DNA from: Neoechinorhynchus agilis
Lineage: Eukaryota > Animalia > Acanthocephala
Direction: 5' to 3'
Length of the DNA stretch: 64,000 bases
Assembly: GCA_051530055.1 (NCBI GenBank)
Contig: CM121341.1
Span: forward strand, 15,354,784-15,418,783
In this document: positions 24,155-37,510 of the stretch, in pieces
How the letters are laid out: each line of letters starts with the position of its first letter
How positions within the stretch are numbered: the first letter of the stretch is position 1
Program-made: the position numbers and the translations under genes
Notes under the pieces: model-generated
The model's database searches: none
The model's input: only the letters and a program-made list of their open reading frames with translations
What the model was told of the DNA's origin: nothing

Positions 24155-26586
24155 ATGGCACTTCATTTTGTTGTTTTTGTTTTTTCTTCAATCGATTCCA
24201 TTATTATTTCTAGAATGACGGCCACACAAAGTCTTAAGCTGTCGGCTATCGCTCAAATTGAGCAATGTCAGATTGGACGATCAGTTCCAACGATTTGGGC
24301 CTCCCTTATTCCTACCAACGATTTATTCTCAAAAGTCGATCTCAGTCGTGACAAGATTTCGTTTGGGCGCTCGCTTGAGTGTGACCTGAGTTTTTCCCGA
24401 CATAATATTGCAATCGTTGCACAACAGCCAGGTCATCGGGGAACAATCGCCTCCACGACTTACAAAGCAATATCGAACTTTCATTTTGTGATCGAACGCG
24501 ATCCATCGGATCTCTCACTGTCGTACATTACGGACACCAGCATGAATGGTACTTATGTGAATGGTGAGCGAATACTGAAAAACGTTAGAGTTCTCTTAAG
24601 TTCTGGTGACGAGATCGGAATCTGCTTTCAAAAATACAGCATTTACACCTTTCTTCGATTCTTATCTGATGGACACGTTGCGAGTTCTAAATTTGAAATG
24701 GAATGCGAGGAAGTCCGGAACCGATATGTTGTATCTAAGCTCCTCGGTAAAGGAGCCTATGGTGAAGTAAGACTAATTTTAAGAAAAAATGATTGTGCAA
24801 AGTTTGCATTGAAGATTGTGAAGCGTAAGCAGTTTCCGGCTGATAGACAAAGTCGGCGGAAACTTGCTGCTCTTAACAAAGAAGTCGAAATACTCAAACT
24901 TGTTTCACATCCTTGCATTGTGTCGATCGAAGACGTTCATCAGACAAATTCACATTTGTACATGGTTCTTGATTATGTCGGAGGAGGAGAATTGTTCGAT
25001 AAACTGGTATCATCAAAACACTTGTCCGAGAAGTATTCAAAACATGCCGTCTTCCAAGTCGCATTGGCCTTAGAGTTTACGAATATTCGATGTGTTTAAC
25101 TGAGATTCCTTGCTTTCTTAGGACGATACCGATTTTGTAATTCTGATTGTATTTTCCGAATTTGTAACCGAATATTTTAACACCCTGTATTATTTAAAAG
25201 AAGAAGTGATGAATTGGGCTTTGATTTCACAAAATCGGTTTTGGTTTTCCAGTATATAAAGCTTTGAAATATTTCAGCCCTTTAATTTGAGTTTAAAATG
25301 TAAAGTGGACGTAGGCTATTTCTTTAATCAATCCATTCAATTGAGTTCTAAAGTCTTAATATAGATTTCATCGTGATTAGAGGTGGGTTTATTTGTTTCT
25401 AATTTTACTTGTTTAAATTTCATTCATATTTTTATCCGATTTCATTGTCTTTCTTATACCGATACTATTAAAACAATTTCATCGTGATTAAAAATTATAT
25501 CTTCATCGCTAATTTAAAAAAAACATTGTCAAATTTTGCTTGAATAACCATCGTATTTTGGTTTTGAACGTTATATATTAACAGTTCTAAAACGAAGAGT
25601 TAGAGTAGAACGTCGTATATCCGAATTAATTGGGACCGAACATCATTCGGATACGAGATTTTTTGGATAGCCGAAAACTCAATGCGAGTGATTCTTAACA
25701 TGCTGGGGGATTGTTTCAATAAAATCAAAATTGGAGTAGAATTACATGATTTTAGCTTTGTTGTTCAAAAATAATCTCTTATCTGATCTCTATACCATTG
25801 CACGCCTTCGTTTTTTCGCTGCAAGGTATCTGATTCTCTTGACAAACAATAGTTGGGTAGGACAGTAATCGAGATAATTGACGTTCGGACTCGAATATTC
25901 GTAACGTAGATTACCTGCATCGACAACACATAACTCACAGAGACATAAAACCGGAGAATATTCTATTAGCCGATAGCGATTCCGAAACTACCTTAGTAAA
26001 GGTTACCGATTTCGGTCTTTCCAGGGTCTTGGGATCTACTTCGGTGATGCGGACATATTGCGGCACTCCGACATATCTCGCTCCTGAGATTATCCGATCA
26101 AACGGAAACGGAACCTATACAAAGAACGTAGATGTTTGGAGCATGGGCGTTGTATTATACGTTTGTCTAAGTGGTGAATGCCCATTTCCTGATACTTATT
26201 CAAGATCGGAATGCGAGAATTCATCAAATGAACAGAACATCGCTCCTTTCGTATCACACGACATAACCAGTTACAATGATGCGTTCTCTGCTTATTGCTG
26301 GAAAAATGTTTCTCAGGAGGCTCAGGATTTTATTGTATGGACGATGGACGTCAATCCATCCACTCGTCCATCCTCACAACAGGTTCTCGAATCCCCGTGG
26401 TTCTTAAATGATTCAGAAATGATTTCTGCTGTTGACGCAATCGTTGGCCCTTTACCATTCAATCAGAGTCAAAATGCGACTGATTCTTTGGTTTTATCCT
26501 TGCCTAGAAAACGAAAAGCAGATAAAATGACCATTTGTAAGCGATCACAATCGTCGCCGGCTACGAAACAAAGATTGAAGAACTAA
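24155..26586 (+). CDS. CHEK2: Chk2-like FHA-domain Ser/Thr checkpoint kinase, 2 coding exons recognised
   Basis: FHA motifs FGR, ISNFH and DTSMNGTYVN; kinase motifs LGKGAYGEV, ALKIV, GGELFD, HRDIKPEN, DFGLS, CGTPTYLAPE and DVWSMGV. The likely start is the ATG at 24215. The single intron (about 25074-25909) is non-GT-AG. Confidence 0.9.
25601..25892. mobile_element. Degenerate MITE with pogo/Tc1-like TIRs inside the CHEK2 intron
   Basis: Left end TAGAGTAGAACGTCGTATATCC is an imperfect reverse complement of right end AGATAATTGACGTTCGGACTC; non-coding interior. Confidence 0.5.
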
Positions 26587-26789
26587 ATGGAATCCGAAAA
26601 GTTTTCTTGTTATACAAAAGAGATATCATGTTACGTTCTACCTCGATTTCTCTGCTCGAACGACGGTATTCGCGATTTTTTAATTGTTTTAAGTTGTGTT
26701 AAAGTTTTGTAAGAAGGAGTATTTTCCATATGGTGTGGCCGGCTTATCATGGCAGACTTAAAAATAATCACATTCAATTTTTTAACGAA

Positions 26790-28060
26790 TTATATGATTA
26801 GAATAATTATTGATGTATTCAATCAATCTTCATTTCTCGACAATTAACACACTCACCACCTCCCGCCGAATTCCAGCTTTTGTCCTTCCTCGACCGTCGC
26901 CATCACGCTGGCAGCATTGTCCCGTTGTACTGCTAGCGAGATATTTTGTCGAAGGAATACGCCTGCTCTTGAGTCTCCGGTTGCCTCTCTCAATTTCTTC
27001 GAGAGATCCTGGAGCAGAGAGAGTGCCGAGCTGCCGAGCGCTCCATACGTCTCTACCCCCAAAGGGGACAAAATAGTGAGCCCTCGATAACTGAATATAT
27101 TTGCGTATTTTCCTCCCTTCCGCTGCACTGGCGGCACCACCGGCGATTTCGAGAAAGTAGGGAATGTTGCTGGCTGCGAGGGTATCCACACACGTGGCGT
27201 CCCAGAGAAGGCATTTGCCCTCCCGCCACGGGAAGACCGAAATTCCATCGGGCCTACGGCCGTCTAGTCTACAGAGGTGGGCGGGTTCCAGGATGTTCGG
27301 TAAGTTCGCCGTTCTCAACGCCCGAGAAATTGCGTTATTGATTTCAGAATGGCGTGAGAACCTTCCTGCTGACCTTCTGCAGACGAGACCGTGTCGCCCG
27401 AAAGCATCAACCAAAGACCCACATCGACGGCGATGGGGCGCGCATATCGGGAGACCAAGTCTTAAGGATACTGCGATCCTCGTTACCTAGTCAGTACGAA
27501 GAGTTCCCACTGATGCCAGAGGAACAGCCTCCAACCACGCCCCAGATTCTCGTGTTGAAACTGCCAACAGTCTAGCTCGGACGACCCCATCGCGAGAACC
27601 GGAAAGTAGAGAGTTGTGAGCTCTCGCGAAAAGAGGTCCGTCCCATATCGACTGTCTGAGGCCATTCACGGGAACATGGTTAGCGCCTGTCTGCTGGCAC
27701 CATTCCTCAACCGCCACCACGAAATCTCGGTCAAGACAGAACTTTTCCTTCAAAATGTTCTTCGAGACTGGTAAACTCCCCTCATACGATCCAAGAAAGG
27801 CCGGCAAAGCAAGGTCGACTAGTGCCCGAATTCCCAATCACCCAGATGACACAGGCAAAGAAGCTTGTCGCCACGCCTCATCTGAGAGCTGGACATTTAA
27901 AATACGCTCGAGGCATGCCCTCACCAAATCGTCCACCTTTGCCAATGCGAGCCTTGTACAATAATTTGGGGATGAAGAGCGCGTTCTTTATGAGAAACAA
28001 GGCTTCATGAGCCGAGAGGGCGCACACCCTATCGCACAGCAACGAAAGTTTCGGGTGTTT
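26790..28060 (-). mobile_element. CRE-like non-LTR retrotransposon, 3' part (RLE endonuclease)
   Basis: HGLVC...RH..IN zinc-knuckle region, RPDG...LLWDAT PD-(D/E)xK motif, F.P.GVETYG and QRDNA C-terminal motifs; frameshifted; abuts the satellite. Confidence 0.85.
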
Positions 28061-31000
28061 ATCGAGATTTTTAAGCATTTAGGCTTCCATTGGGTTCTGA
28101 CGCCACGTGCATTTTGTTGTATTGCTAACGTACGTATTGTTTTTGTATACGATCACCTCTTTGTTTATTCACATTAAATGTTGATATTAATGGGCAATAA
28201 TTCATGTGCATTCGTGTTTATTGACATGTTCCAGCACTTAAGCTTTCATTCGGTTTCGTGGTCATGAGCGTTTTGTTGTATTACTAACGTTTGTATTCGT
28301 TTTTGTATACATGCACCTCTTCGTTGATTCACATGAAATGTTGATATTAGTTGGTCATAATTCATGTGCATTCGTTCTTACCGAAAATTTCAGCATTTTA
28401 GCTTCCATTCGGTTTCGAGTACATGTCCGTTTTCTTGTATTACTTATGTACGTATTGTTTTTGTATACATGCCCCTCTTTCTTTATTAACATTAAATGTT
28501 GATATTATAGGGCCATAATTACTGTTCATTCGTGTTTATCGACATGTTTCAGCATTTAAGCTTCCATTCGATTTCGTGGTCATGTGCTTTTGGTTGCATT
28601 ACTAACGAACGTATTCGTTGTTGTATACATGCGCCTCTTTTGTTATTTACAATAAGTGTTGATATTAATGCACACAAATGCTTGTGCATTCGTGTTTATC
28701 GAGATTTTCAAACATTTAACCTTCCATTCGGTTTCGAGGTCATGTGCGTTTTGTTGAATTACTAACGTACGTTTTCGTTTTTGTATACATGCGCCTCTTT
28801 GTATATTAACATTAAATGTTGATATGAATGGCCATAATTCATGTGCATTCGTGCTTATCGACATGTTTCAGCATTTAAGCTTCCATTCGGTCTCGACGTC
28901 ATGTTCGTTTTGTTGTATTACTAACGTACGTAATCGTTTTTGTACACATGCGCATCTTTTTTTATTCAAATTAAATGTTGATATTAATGGGCCATAATTC
29001 ATGTGCATTCGTGTTTATCGACATGTTCCAGCACTTAAGCTTTCATTCGCTTTCGTGGTCATGTTCGTTTTGCTGCTTATGTACGTATTGTTTTTGTATA
29101 CATGCCCCTCTTTCTTTATTAACATTAAATGTTGATATTATAGGGCCATAATTACTGTTCATTCGTGTTTATCGACATGTTTCAGCATTTAAGCTTCCAT
29201 TCGATTTCGTGGTCATGTGCTTTTGGTTGCATTACTAACGAACGTATTCGTTGTTGTATACATGCGCCTCTTTTGTTATTTACAATAAGTGTTGATATTA
29301 AGGGGCATAATTCATGTACGTGTGTGCTTATCGAGATGTTTAAGCATTTAAGCTTCCTTTCGGTCTCGACGTTATGTGGGTTTTGTTGTATTACTAACGT
29401 ACGCATTCGTTGTTGTATACATGCGCCTCTTTGTTTATTATCCATAAATGTTGATATTAATGGGGCCATAATTACTGTGCATTCGCGTTTATCGACATGT
29501 TCCAGCATTTAATCTTCCATTCGCTTTCTAGGCCATGTCCGTTTTGTCGTATTACGCACGTACGTATTCGTTTTTGTATACATGCGTTACTTTGGTAATT
29601 CACATTAAATGTTGATATTAATGCACACAAATGCTTGTGCATTCGTGTTTATCGAGATTTTCAAACATTTAACCTTCCATTCGGTTTCGAGGTCATGTGC
29701 GTTTTGTTGAATTACTAACGTACGTTTTCGTTTTTGTATACATGCGCCTCTTTGTATATTAACATTAAATGTTGATATGAATGGCCATAATTCATGTGCA
29801 TTCGCGCTCATCGACATGTTCCACCATTTAAGCTTCCACTCAGTTTCTAGGTCATGTCGGTTTTGTTGTATTACTAACGTACGTATTCGTTTTTGTATAC
29901 ATTCGCTTCTTTGGTTATTGACATTAAGTGTTGATATTAATGGGCCATAATTCATGTGCATTCGTGCTTATCGACATGTTTCAGCATTTAAGCTTCCATT
30001 CGGTCTCGACGTCATGTTCGTTTTGTTGTATTACTAACGTACGTAATCGTTTTTGTACACATGCGCATCTTTTTTTATTCAAATTAAATGTTGATATTAA
30101 TGGGCCATAATTCATGTGCATTCGTGTTTATCGACATGTTCCAGCACTTAAGCTTTCATTCGCTTTCGTGGTCATGTTCGTTTTGCTGTATTACTAACGT
30201 ACGTATTCGTTTTTGCATACTTGCACCTCTTTGATTATTCACATTAAATGTTGATATTGGTTGGCCATAATTCACGTGCATTCGTGCTTATCGAAATATT
30301 TCAGCATTTAAGCTTTCATTCGGTTTCGTGGTCATGTCCGTTTTCTTGTATTACTTATGTACGTATTGTTTTTGTATACATGCGCCTCTTTGTTTATTCA
30401 CATTAAATGTTGATATTAATGGGCCATAATTCATGTTCATTCGTGTTTATCGACATGTTTCAACATTAAAGCTTACATTCGGTTTCGCAATCATGTGCGT
30501 TTTGTTGTATTACTAACGTACGTGTTGGTTTTTGTATACATGCGCCTCTTTGTTTATTCACATTAAATGTTGATATGTAGGGGCCATAATTCATGTGCAT
30601 TCGTGTTTATCGATATGTTTCAGCATTTAAGCTTCCATTCGATTTCGATCTCATGTGTGTTTTGTTGCAATACTAACGTACGTATTCGTTTTTGTATACA
30701 TGCACCTCTTTTGTTATTCACATTTAATGTTGATATTAATGGGCAATAATTCATGTACATTCGTGCTTATCGGCATGTTTCACCATTTAAGCTTCCAGTC
30801 GATTTCGAGGTGATGTCCGTTTTGTATTGCTCACGTACGTATTCGTTTTTGTATACATGCGCCTCTTATCTTATTCACATTAAATATTGATATGAATAAG
30901 CCATAATTCATGTGCATTCGTGTTTCTCGACATGTTTCAGCATTTATGCTTCCATTCGGTTTCGGCGTCATGTGTGATTGGTTGTACTACTAACGTACGT

Positions 31001-33822
31001 ATTCGTTTTTGTATTAATGCGCCTTTTTGTTTATTGACAATAAATGTTGTTATTAATGGGCCTTAATTCATGTACATTCGTGTTTATCGACATGTCCCAA
31101 CACTTAAGCGTTCATTCGGTTTAGTGGTCATGTGCGTTTTGTTGTATAACTATCGTACGTTTTTTTATTGTATACGTGCGCCTCTTTGTATATTCACATT
31201 AAATGGTGACATTAATGGGCAATAATACATGTGAATTCGTGTTTATCGACATGTTCCAGCATTTAAGCTTCCATTCAGTTTCGAGGTCATGTCCGTTTTG
31301 TTGTATTACTAACGTACGTAATCTTTTTTGTATTCATGCGCCTCTTTGTTTATTAACATTCAATATTGATATGGATGGGCCATAATTAATGTGCATTCGT
31401 GTTTATCGACATGCTTCAGCATTTAAGCTTCCATTCGGTCTCATCGTCGTATCCGTTTTGTTGTAATACTCTCTAAAGTATTCGTTTTTGTATACATGCG
31501 CATCTTTGTTAATTGACATTAAATGTTGATATTAATGGACGCAAATGCTTGTGCATTCGTCTTTATCGAGGTGTTCCAGCATTTACGCTTCCATTCGGTT
31601 TCGAGTTAATGCCCGTTTTGTTGTATTACTCACGTACGTATTGTTATTGTATACATGCGCCTCTTTGTTTATTCCCCTTGGGCCGTAATTACTGTGCATT
31701 CGTATTAATCGTCATGTTCGGCTTTGAGGTCATGTGAGTTTTGTTGTATTACTCATGTACGTATTCGTTTTTTAATACATGCGCCTCATTGTTTATTTAC
31801 TTTGAATGGGGATATGAATGGGCTATAATTCATGTGCATTCGTCTTTATCGACATGTTTCAACATTTAAGCTTCCATTCGGTTTCGAGGTCGTGTGCGTT
31901 TTGTTACATTACTAACATACGTATTCGTTTTTGTATACATGCAGCTCTTTGTGTATTCAAAATAAATGTTGATATTATTTGGCCATAATTCATGTGCATT
32001 CGTGCTTATCAATATGTTTCAGCATTTCAGCTTCCATTTGGTTTTGAGTTCATGCTCGTTTTATTGTATTACTCACGTACGTATTGTTTTTGTATACACG
32101 TGCCTCTTTGTTTATTGCCCTTTAATGTTGATATCATTGGGCCATAATTACTGTGCATTCGTGTTTATCGACATGTTTCAACATTTAAGCTTCCATTCGG
32201 TTTCGAGGTCATGTGCGTTTTACTGTATTACTAACGTACGTATTCGTTTTCTTATACATGCGCTACTTTGTTAATTCACATTTAATGTTGATATTACTGG
32301 ACACCAGTGCTTTTGCATTCGTGTTTATCGACATGTTCCTGCATTTATGCTTCTAAATTCGGTTTCGAGATCATGTCCGTTTTGTTGTATTACTAACGTA
32401 CGTATTTGTTTTTGTATACATGAACTACCTTGGCAATTCACATTAAATGTTTATATTAATGGACACAAGTTCTTGTATTCGATCTTATCGACATGTTCCA
32501 CCGTTTTAGGCTTCCATTCGGTTTCGAGGTCATGTGCGTTTTACTGTATTACTAACGTACGTATTCGTTTTCTTATACATGCGCTACTTTGTTAATTCAC
32601 ATTTAATGTTGATATTACTGGACACCAGTGCTTTTGCATTCGTGTTTATCGACATGTTCCTGCATTTATGCTTCTAAATTCGGTTTCGAGATCATGTCCG
32701 TTTTGTTGTATTACTAACGTACGTATTTGTTTTTGTATACATGAACTACCTTGTAAATTCACATTAAATGTTTATATTAATGGACACAAGTTCTTGCGCA
32801 TTCGATCTTATCGACATGTTCCACCATTTAGGCTTCCATTCGGTTTCGAGGTCATGTGCGTTTTACTGTATTACTAACGTATTCGTTTTCTTATACATGC
32901 GCTACTTTTTTAATTCACATTTAATGTTGATATTACTGGACACCAGTGCTTTTGCATTCGTGTTTATCGATATGTTTCAACATTTAAGCTTCCATTCGGT
33001 TTCGAGGTCATGTGCGTTTTGTTGTATTACTAACGTACGTATTGTTTCTTATACATGCGCTACTGTATTGTTTTTATACATGCTACTTGTAATTCACATT
33101 AATGTTATATTATGGACACAGTCTTGCATGTTTATCGAATGTTCCATTTAGCTTATTCGGTTTCGAGTCATGTCGTTTTGTTGTATTACTAACGTACGTA
33201 TTGTTTTTGTATACAGCCTTTGTATTCTTAATGTTGATATATGGCCATTTGTGCATTCGTTATCGACATGTTTCACATTTAGCTTCCATTCGGTTTCGAG
33301 GTCATGTGCGTTTTTGTATTACTAACGTACGTATTCGTTTTCTTATACATGCGCTACTTTGTTAATTCACATTTAATGTTGATATTACTGGACACCAGTG
33401 CTTTTGCATTCGTGTTTATCGACATGTTCCTGCATTTATGCTTCTAAATTCGGTTTCGAGATCATGTCCGTTTTGTTGTATTACTAACGTACGTATTTGT
33501 TTTTGTATACATGAACTACCTTGTAAATTCACATTAAATGTTTATATTAATGGACACAAGTTCTTGCGCATTCGATCTTATCGACATGTTCCACCATTTA
33601 GGCTTCCATTCGGTTTCGAGGTCATGTGCGTTTTACTGTATTACTAACGTATTCGTTTTCTTATACATGCGCTACTTTGTTAATTCACATTTAATGTTGA
33701 TATTACTGGACACCAGTGCTTTTGCATTCGTGTTTATCGATATGTTTCAACATTTAAGCTTCCATTCGGTTTCGAGGTCATGTGCGTTTTGTTGTATTAC
33801 TAACGTACGTATTCGTTTTTGT
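28060..33822. repeat. Tandem satellite, about 160-bp monomer, about 36 copies
   Basis: AAATGTTGATA recurs at about 160-bp spacing; consensus includes GGGCCATAATTCATGTGCATTCGTGTTTATCGACATG and TTACTAACGTACGTATTCG. Confidence 0.97.
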
Positions 33823-34439
33823 AATTTTTTTCCACCCGGTGACGCTCCTATATTTGCCAGCTCTTGTGTGCGTGTTCGTCAATATTCGTTTATGTATTAA
33901 GAAATCGAAAATGTCTTTCGGTATTTTCGTATAGTGCTGTTATTATTTAATACCCTTGCACAGCTTGAACAAGGTATTAATGAAATCGTTTATTTGTCGG
34001 TTGAATGTAGTGCGGGCTGCAATATTTATTCATGAAGATGGTGTCTTTATTGTCTTCAACCTCTAGTCTGATCATCATCTTTAAAATCGATTATTCGGCT
34101 TCGTTTTCTTATGTTGAAAGTGACATCGTCAAATTTCCCTCACGTGAGTTACATTGCAAATGTGCTCTACTGGTTCTGATTATCTTGAGAGATATTATTA
34201 AGTTAGACTTTAAAATTCTATTCAGTTTCATTGTTGGACATACAACCCAACCGATATCTTACATCAGTGAAGTGTTTGAATCATTTAAACTCGGATGCAT
34301 TCGGTAGAGTTTTGTACATCCCTGACTCATAAGTGAATTTCCTCCTATCCATAAGCCTCACCTCCTGGAGGTATGTGAGAATCCTGGAATTTGGCTAAAG
34401 TTATTAACTTTGTTGTATATCAAAACCCAATATTACAGA

Positions 34440-34720
34440 CTCATACGTCATGATTGTTCGGCAGCTTCCTTGATGGCCGCGGCATTGCCACGCTGATTCG
34501 CTGCAACAGGAAGCTGTTAGAGCGCATGTCGCCGGTGGCATGTTTTAGTATCTTTCCCAGTCGGGAGAAGAAATAATCGGCTACCTTTCGGAGGCATCCG
34601 AGTGTTTCCAGCGCAATCGGGATGAATATATATTGATGCCACTAAATGGTTGGCCAATGGACGAAAATCGAAGCGTTTTTAGAGGATCTGTTTTTCTGCG
34701 CTTATACTTTGCATCCAATG
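34440..34720 (-). mobile_element. Degenerate CRE-like 3' fragment
   Basis: Minus-strand translation FIPIALETLG...ATGDMRSNSFLLQRISVA. Confidence 0.7.
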
Positions 34721-34948
34721 AATGCGTCTAACTTAAAAATATTATTTATGTCTTCAACTGTAAATATATATTTTTATTAAAACGTTTCGAAAATCGTCGA
34801 GTTAATCATCAGTTTGTTAGTTATTAAAAGACGGAAGACCTAAACAATAATTCGAATCATATACCTCGGTACCTCCTCACATACCGACACGTCTAACTTT
34901 GTTTTAATTATTCCAATAGTTATCTCATCACTAAATTGATATATTAAG

Positions 34949-37153
34949 ATGAGCAGCGCTACTCCATTTCCTGTTAAATACAGGTGCCATTGCGGTCGAT
35001 ATTATCCGTTTTCGTTGCTGTACTTTTGTTGCTACTGTGGTGAGTTGAGGTGTAGAGACTGCAACCAAATTGAAGTAAGCTTAATGCTGCTTTCAATTTC
35101 ATTTTGGCCGTCTTTAATTTAGATCGATTCTAGATACTGTCCCAATTGTCTAGAAAAGTTCTTTTCTCAAGAAGCGGCTGCTAAACAAAACAGGTATTTT
35201 AATGGGGGACGCAAATACAAGTGATGAAAGCTCATTTGAATAATACTTATTATTTGAGTTGTCGTTTTGAGTTGCCTTTATATCAAATAAATCTCGAAAT
35301 AAAAATGGTACTCAATTTTTTAATGCAAATATCTAGAACTAATAACTAATTTGTTTTTTCTCATGCCCATTGGAATACGTTTAGATGCACTTCCTGCTAC
35401 GAATGTCCGTTATGCGGATCTCATTTGATTCCAAAGGCAATGAAGGCTCCTACTAGCGCCACAAATGAAAATCCTGAAAGTCCTCCGTCATACGTGTACT
35501 TTTATTCATGTGGATATTGCCATTGGACGACACAGGAAGCAGATTTGGATCTTAAGCCAAGTCGTTAGTAATTGTCTCAAATTTCATTTCATTCACTAAG
35601 AATTACCTGAAAACAGTGAACGTCGGCTGGACTGAGTGGGCTTCTGAGATCAGATCATCGGATAAAATTGAACGTTTGTCTAAGTCATACAAACAGCAAG
35701 CTCTCCTTGACCGAGTTAATCGAAACAAAAGTCGAATCGGACGGCGAAAGTCAGCGTTGGCATCCTTAACTAGCAATTCGGTTTGATTTCCTCTTTATGG
35801 AAATAACTCCTATTATGTTCGGAAAAGGATGAATATCCAGGAATGATGGGGACATTAATTCGACGTGGCCTCATAGCTCCTTCCATTATGAATGAAATCG
35901 AAACGGAACCAATCGTAATGGTTCTTCAAGATTCTAGCGATGATAGTGATATTTTCAATCACAATAGTGTCACAGATTCTCTAAGAACTATCACCGATCC
36001 ATCAATGAGTTTGTTGTTTCCATTATCGATGCTTAGATCATTAATTATTCTTTAGTACCATGCCTTGATCGTCGATTCAAAGTGCCTGGATGTTTAAACG
36101 AATCCAAGCCACTTGGTCCAATAAGAGTTGGAATGCTAACTCGACTTTCTAGACGATGTCGCAAATGTGCTCATCTCCTAGTGAAACGCGAGCCTAACAC
36201 TCTTGTCAATGAATTCAAATTTGAACGAACTGCTGTGTAAGTCTGTAAATTTTAGACTTTAGAACATGAACGCATGTACTCTTTAGGCATAATATACCCG
36301 AGCTACGAGTATGGTATTGGGTCGAGTCAAGCGATCGGAAGGCTATCAATGTTAGTTCGATTTCGAGGGTGATTTAAAGATGCGTTAGTTTTTATTATCG
36401 AAATCAACTTGTTCAAAAATAGCATATAAAAAATTGAGCATCATTTATCTCCGCTATCTTTTTAATCTGGGAACAAAATGAATCTTAAACATTCATCTTT
36501 CTTTTCTTCATTAGAGCGAGCATTCCACACAATCAAATTGTTTTCTTGCTTCTTAAAGTCACTGATTTTTTAGTTTAGCACCAAATGGGCGTCGATGTCG
36601 TCGTCGTGCTCGTGAACCGATCTGAATGTGCAATGCAGGCCAGATTCATTAAACCCAACGACATACCAAATGAAGGAGTGAACGCAAACGTTGTCGAGTA
36701 TCCCATTGGTAATTTTTGGCTTTTGTCCCACGGTGATGTTGCCAGTGCGTTTGCGGCACACGGTGCAATCGATCCTGCCTCCCATGACGAGTATCAGAAA
36801 CCTTGGTTCGTTCATCGATCAAAGTGTAAACTTGCTGTGAAGTTGAGAGTTGATCCTTATGACAGTGAATACAAATCACTGGTACGCCTTAATTTGTGCG
36901 TATTGCACTAACCTTTTACCTTTCATAGTGCTTTCCAATCTCAATTGAACACCAGTGCTCACTAATGGAAGCGTCCAGTTGTACGTCACCAATAAACGTC
37001 TTACCTAAACCTATCTGTCAATGGATAAAACAAACGATAGTTGTTAACATCCCAAAAAAGTCACCGGTTGCACCGTCGTTCCTTGTGCCTTCTTCACTTG
37101 TCAAAAGAGTTCTTGCAGACGGGATCAAAAGTGATTATAATAATCAGTGCTAG
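34949..37153 (+). CDS. DCTN4: Dynactin subunit 4 (p62), 9 exons
   Basis: Cys motifs LYFCCYC, IDSRYCPNCLE, RCTSCYECPLC, YSCGYCHWT and RRCRKCAHLLVK match p62 spacing. All 8 introns reconstruct as GT-AG with consistent phase. Confidence 0.9.
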
Positions 37154-37289
37154 ATAAATAATTCAAACCACAAGTCTTTGTTTGCCAATCTGATTATCGA
37201 CTGAAAATGCTTAGGTTTCATTCGACAGCATTTGACGGCTATACTAAGAGCGGCCAAAAAATATATAGATTATAAACTCGTAGAATTTA

Positions 37290-37510
37290 GTTTAATTATA
37301 AGAAAAAATCATTCACACCACCGCTCTGAATCACTCAGCTGTCGTCCTGGTGTAACGGTAGAAAGGACGGATCCAGCGTTCCCTCGTTGCACAGCCAAAC
37401 TAATCTTTTGTGGGAGGAATGCTCCTGCCCTCTAATCGCCAGTGATTCGTCTCGATCTGCGCCGCGGTACCAAACGACCCGAGCGTATGCGACTTTTAAA
37501 CATTTTGGTC
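37290..37510 (-). mobile_element. CRE-like 3' end fragment
   Basis: QRGNA..LST..PGRQLSDSERWCE terminus, shared with copies at about 49335-49425, 57400-57500 and 59500. Confidence 0.7.

Noticed and set aside
26600-26800. Spliced-leader RNA gene as the CRE target site
   Set aside because: No recognisable SL exon, Sm site or shared flank was found among the CRE 3' ends I could compare.
28040-28090. Long microhomology between the CRE element and the satellite
   Set aside because: Comparison with the CRE copy at about 58600 shows homology starts near PKLS/PQLS, so the matching bases are simply satellite.
28060-33822. Cys/Phe-rich ORFs, or a CRISPR-like array
   Set aside because: The ORFs are translations of the satellite unit; the repeats are contiguous monomers with no unique spacers.
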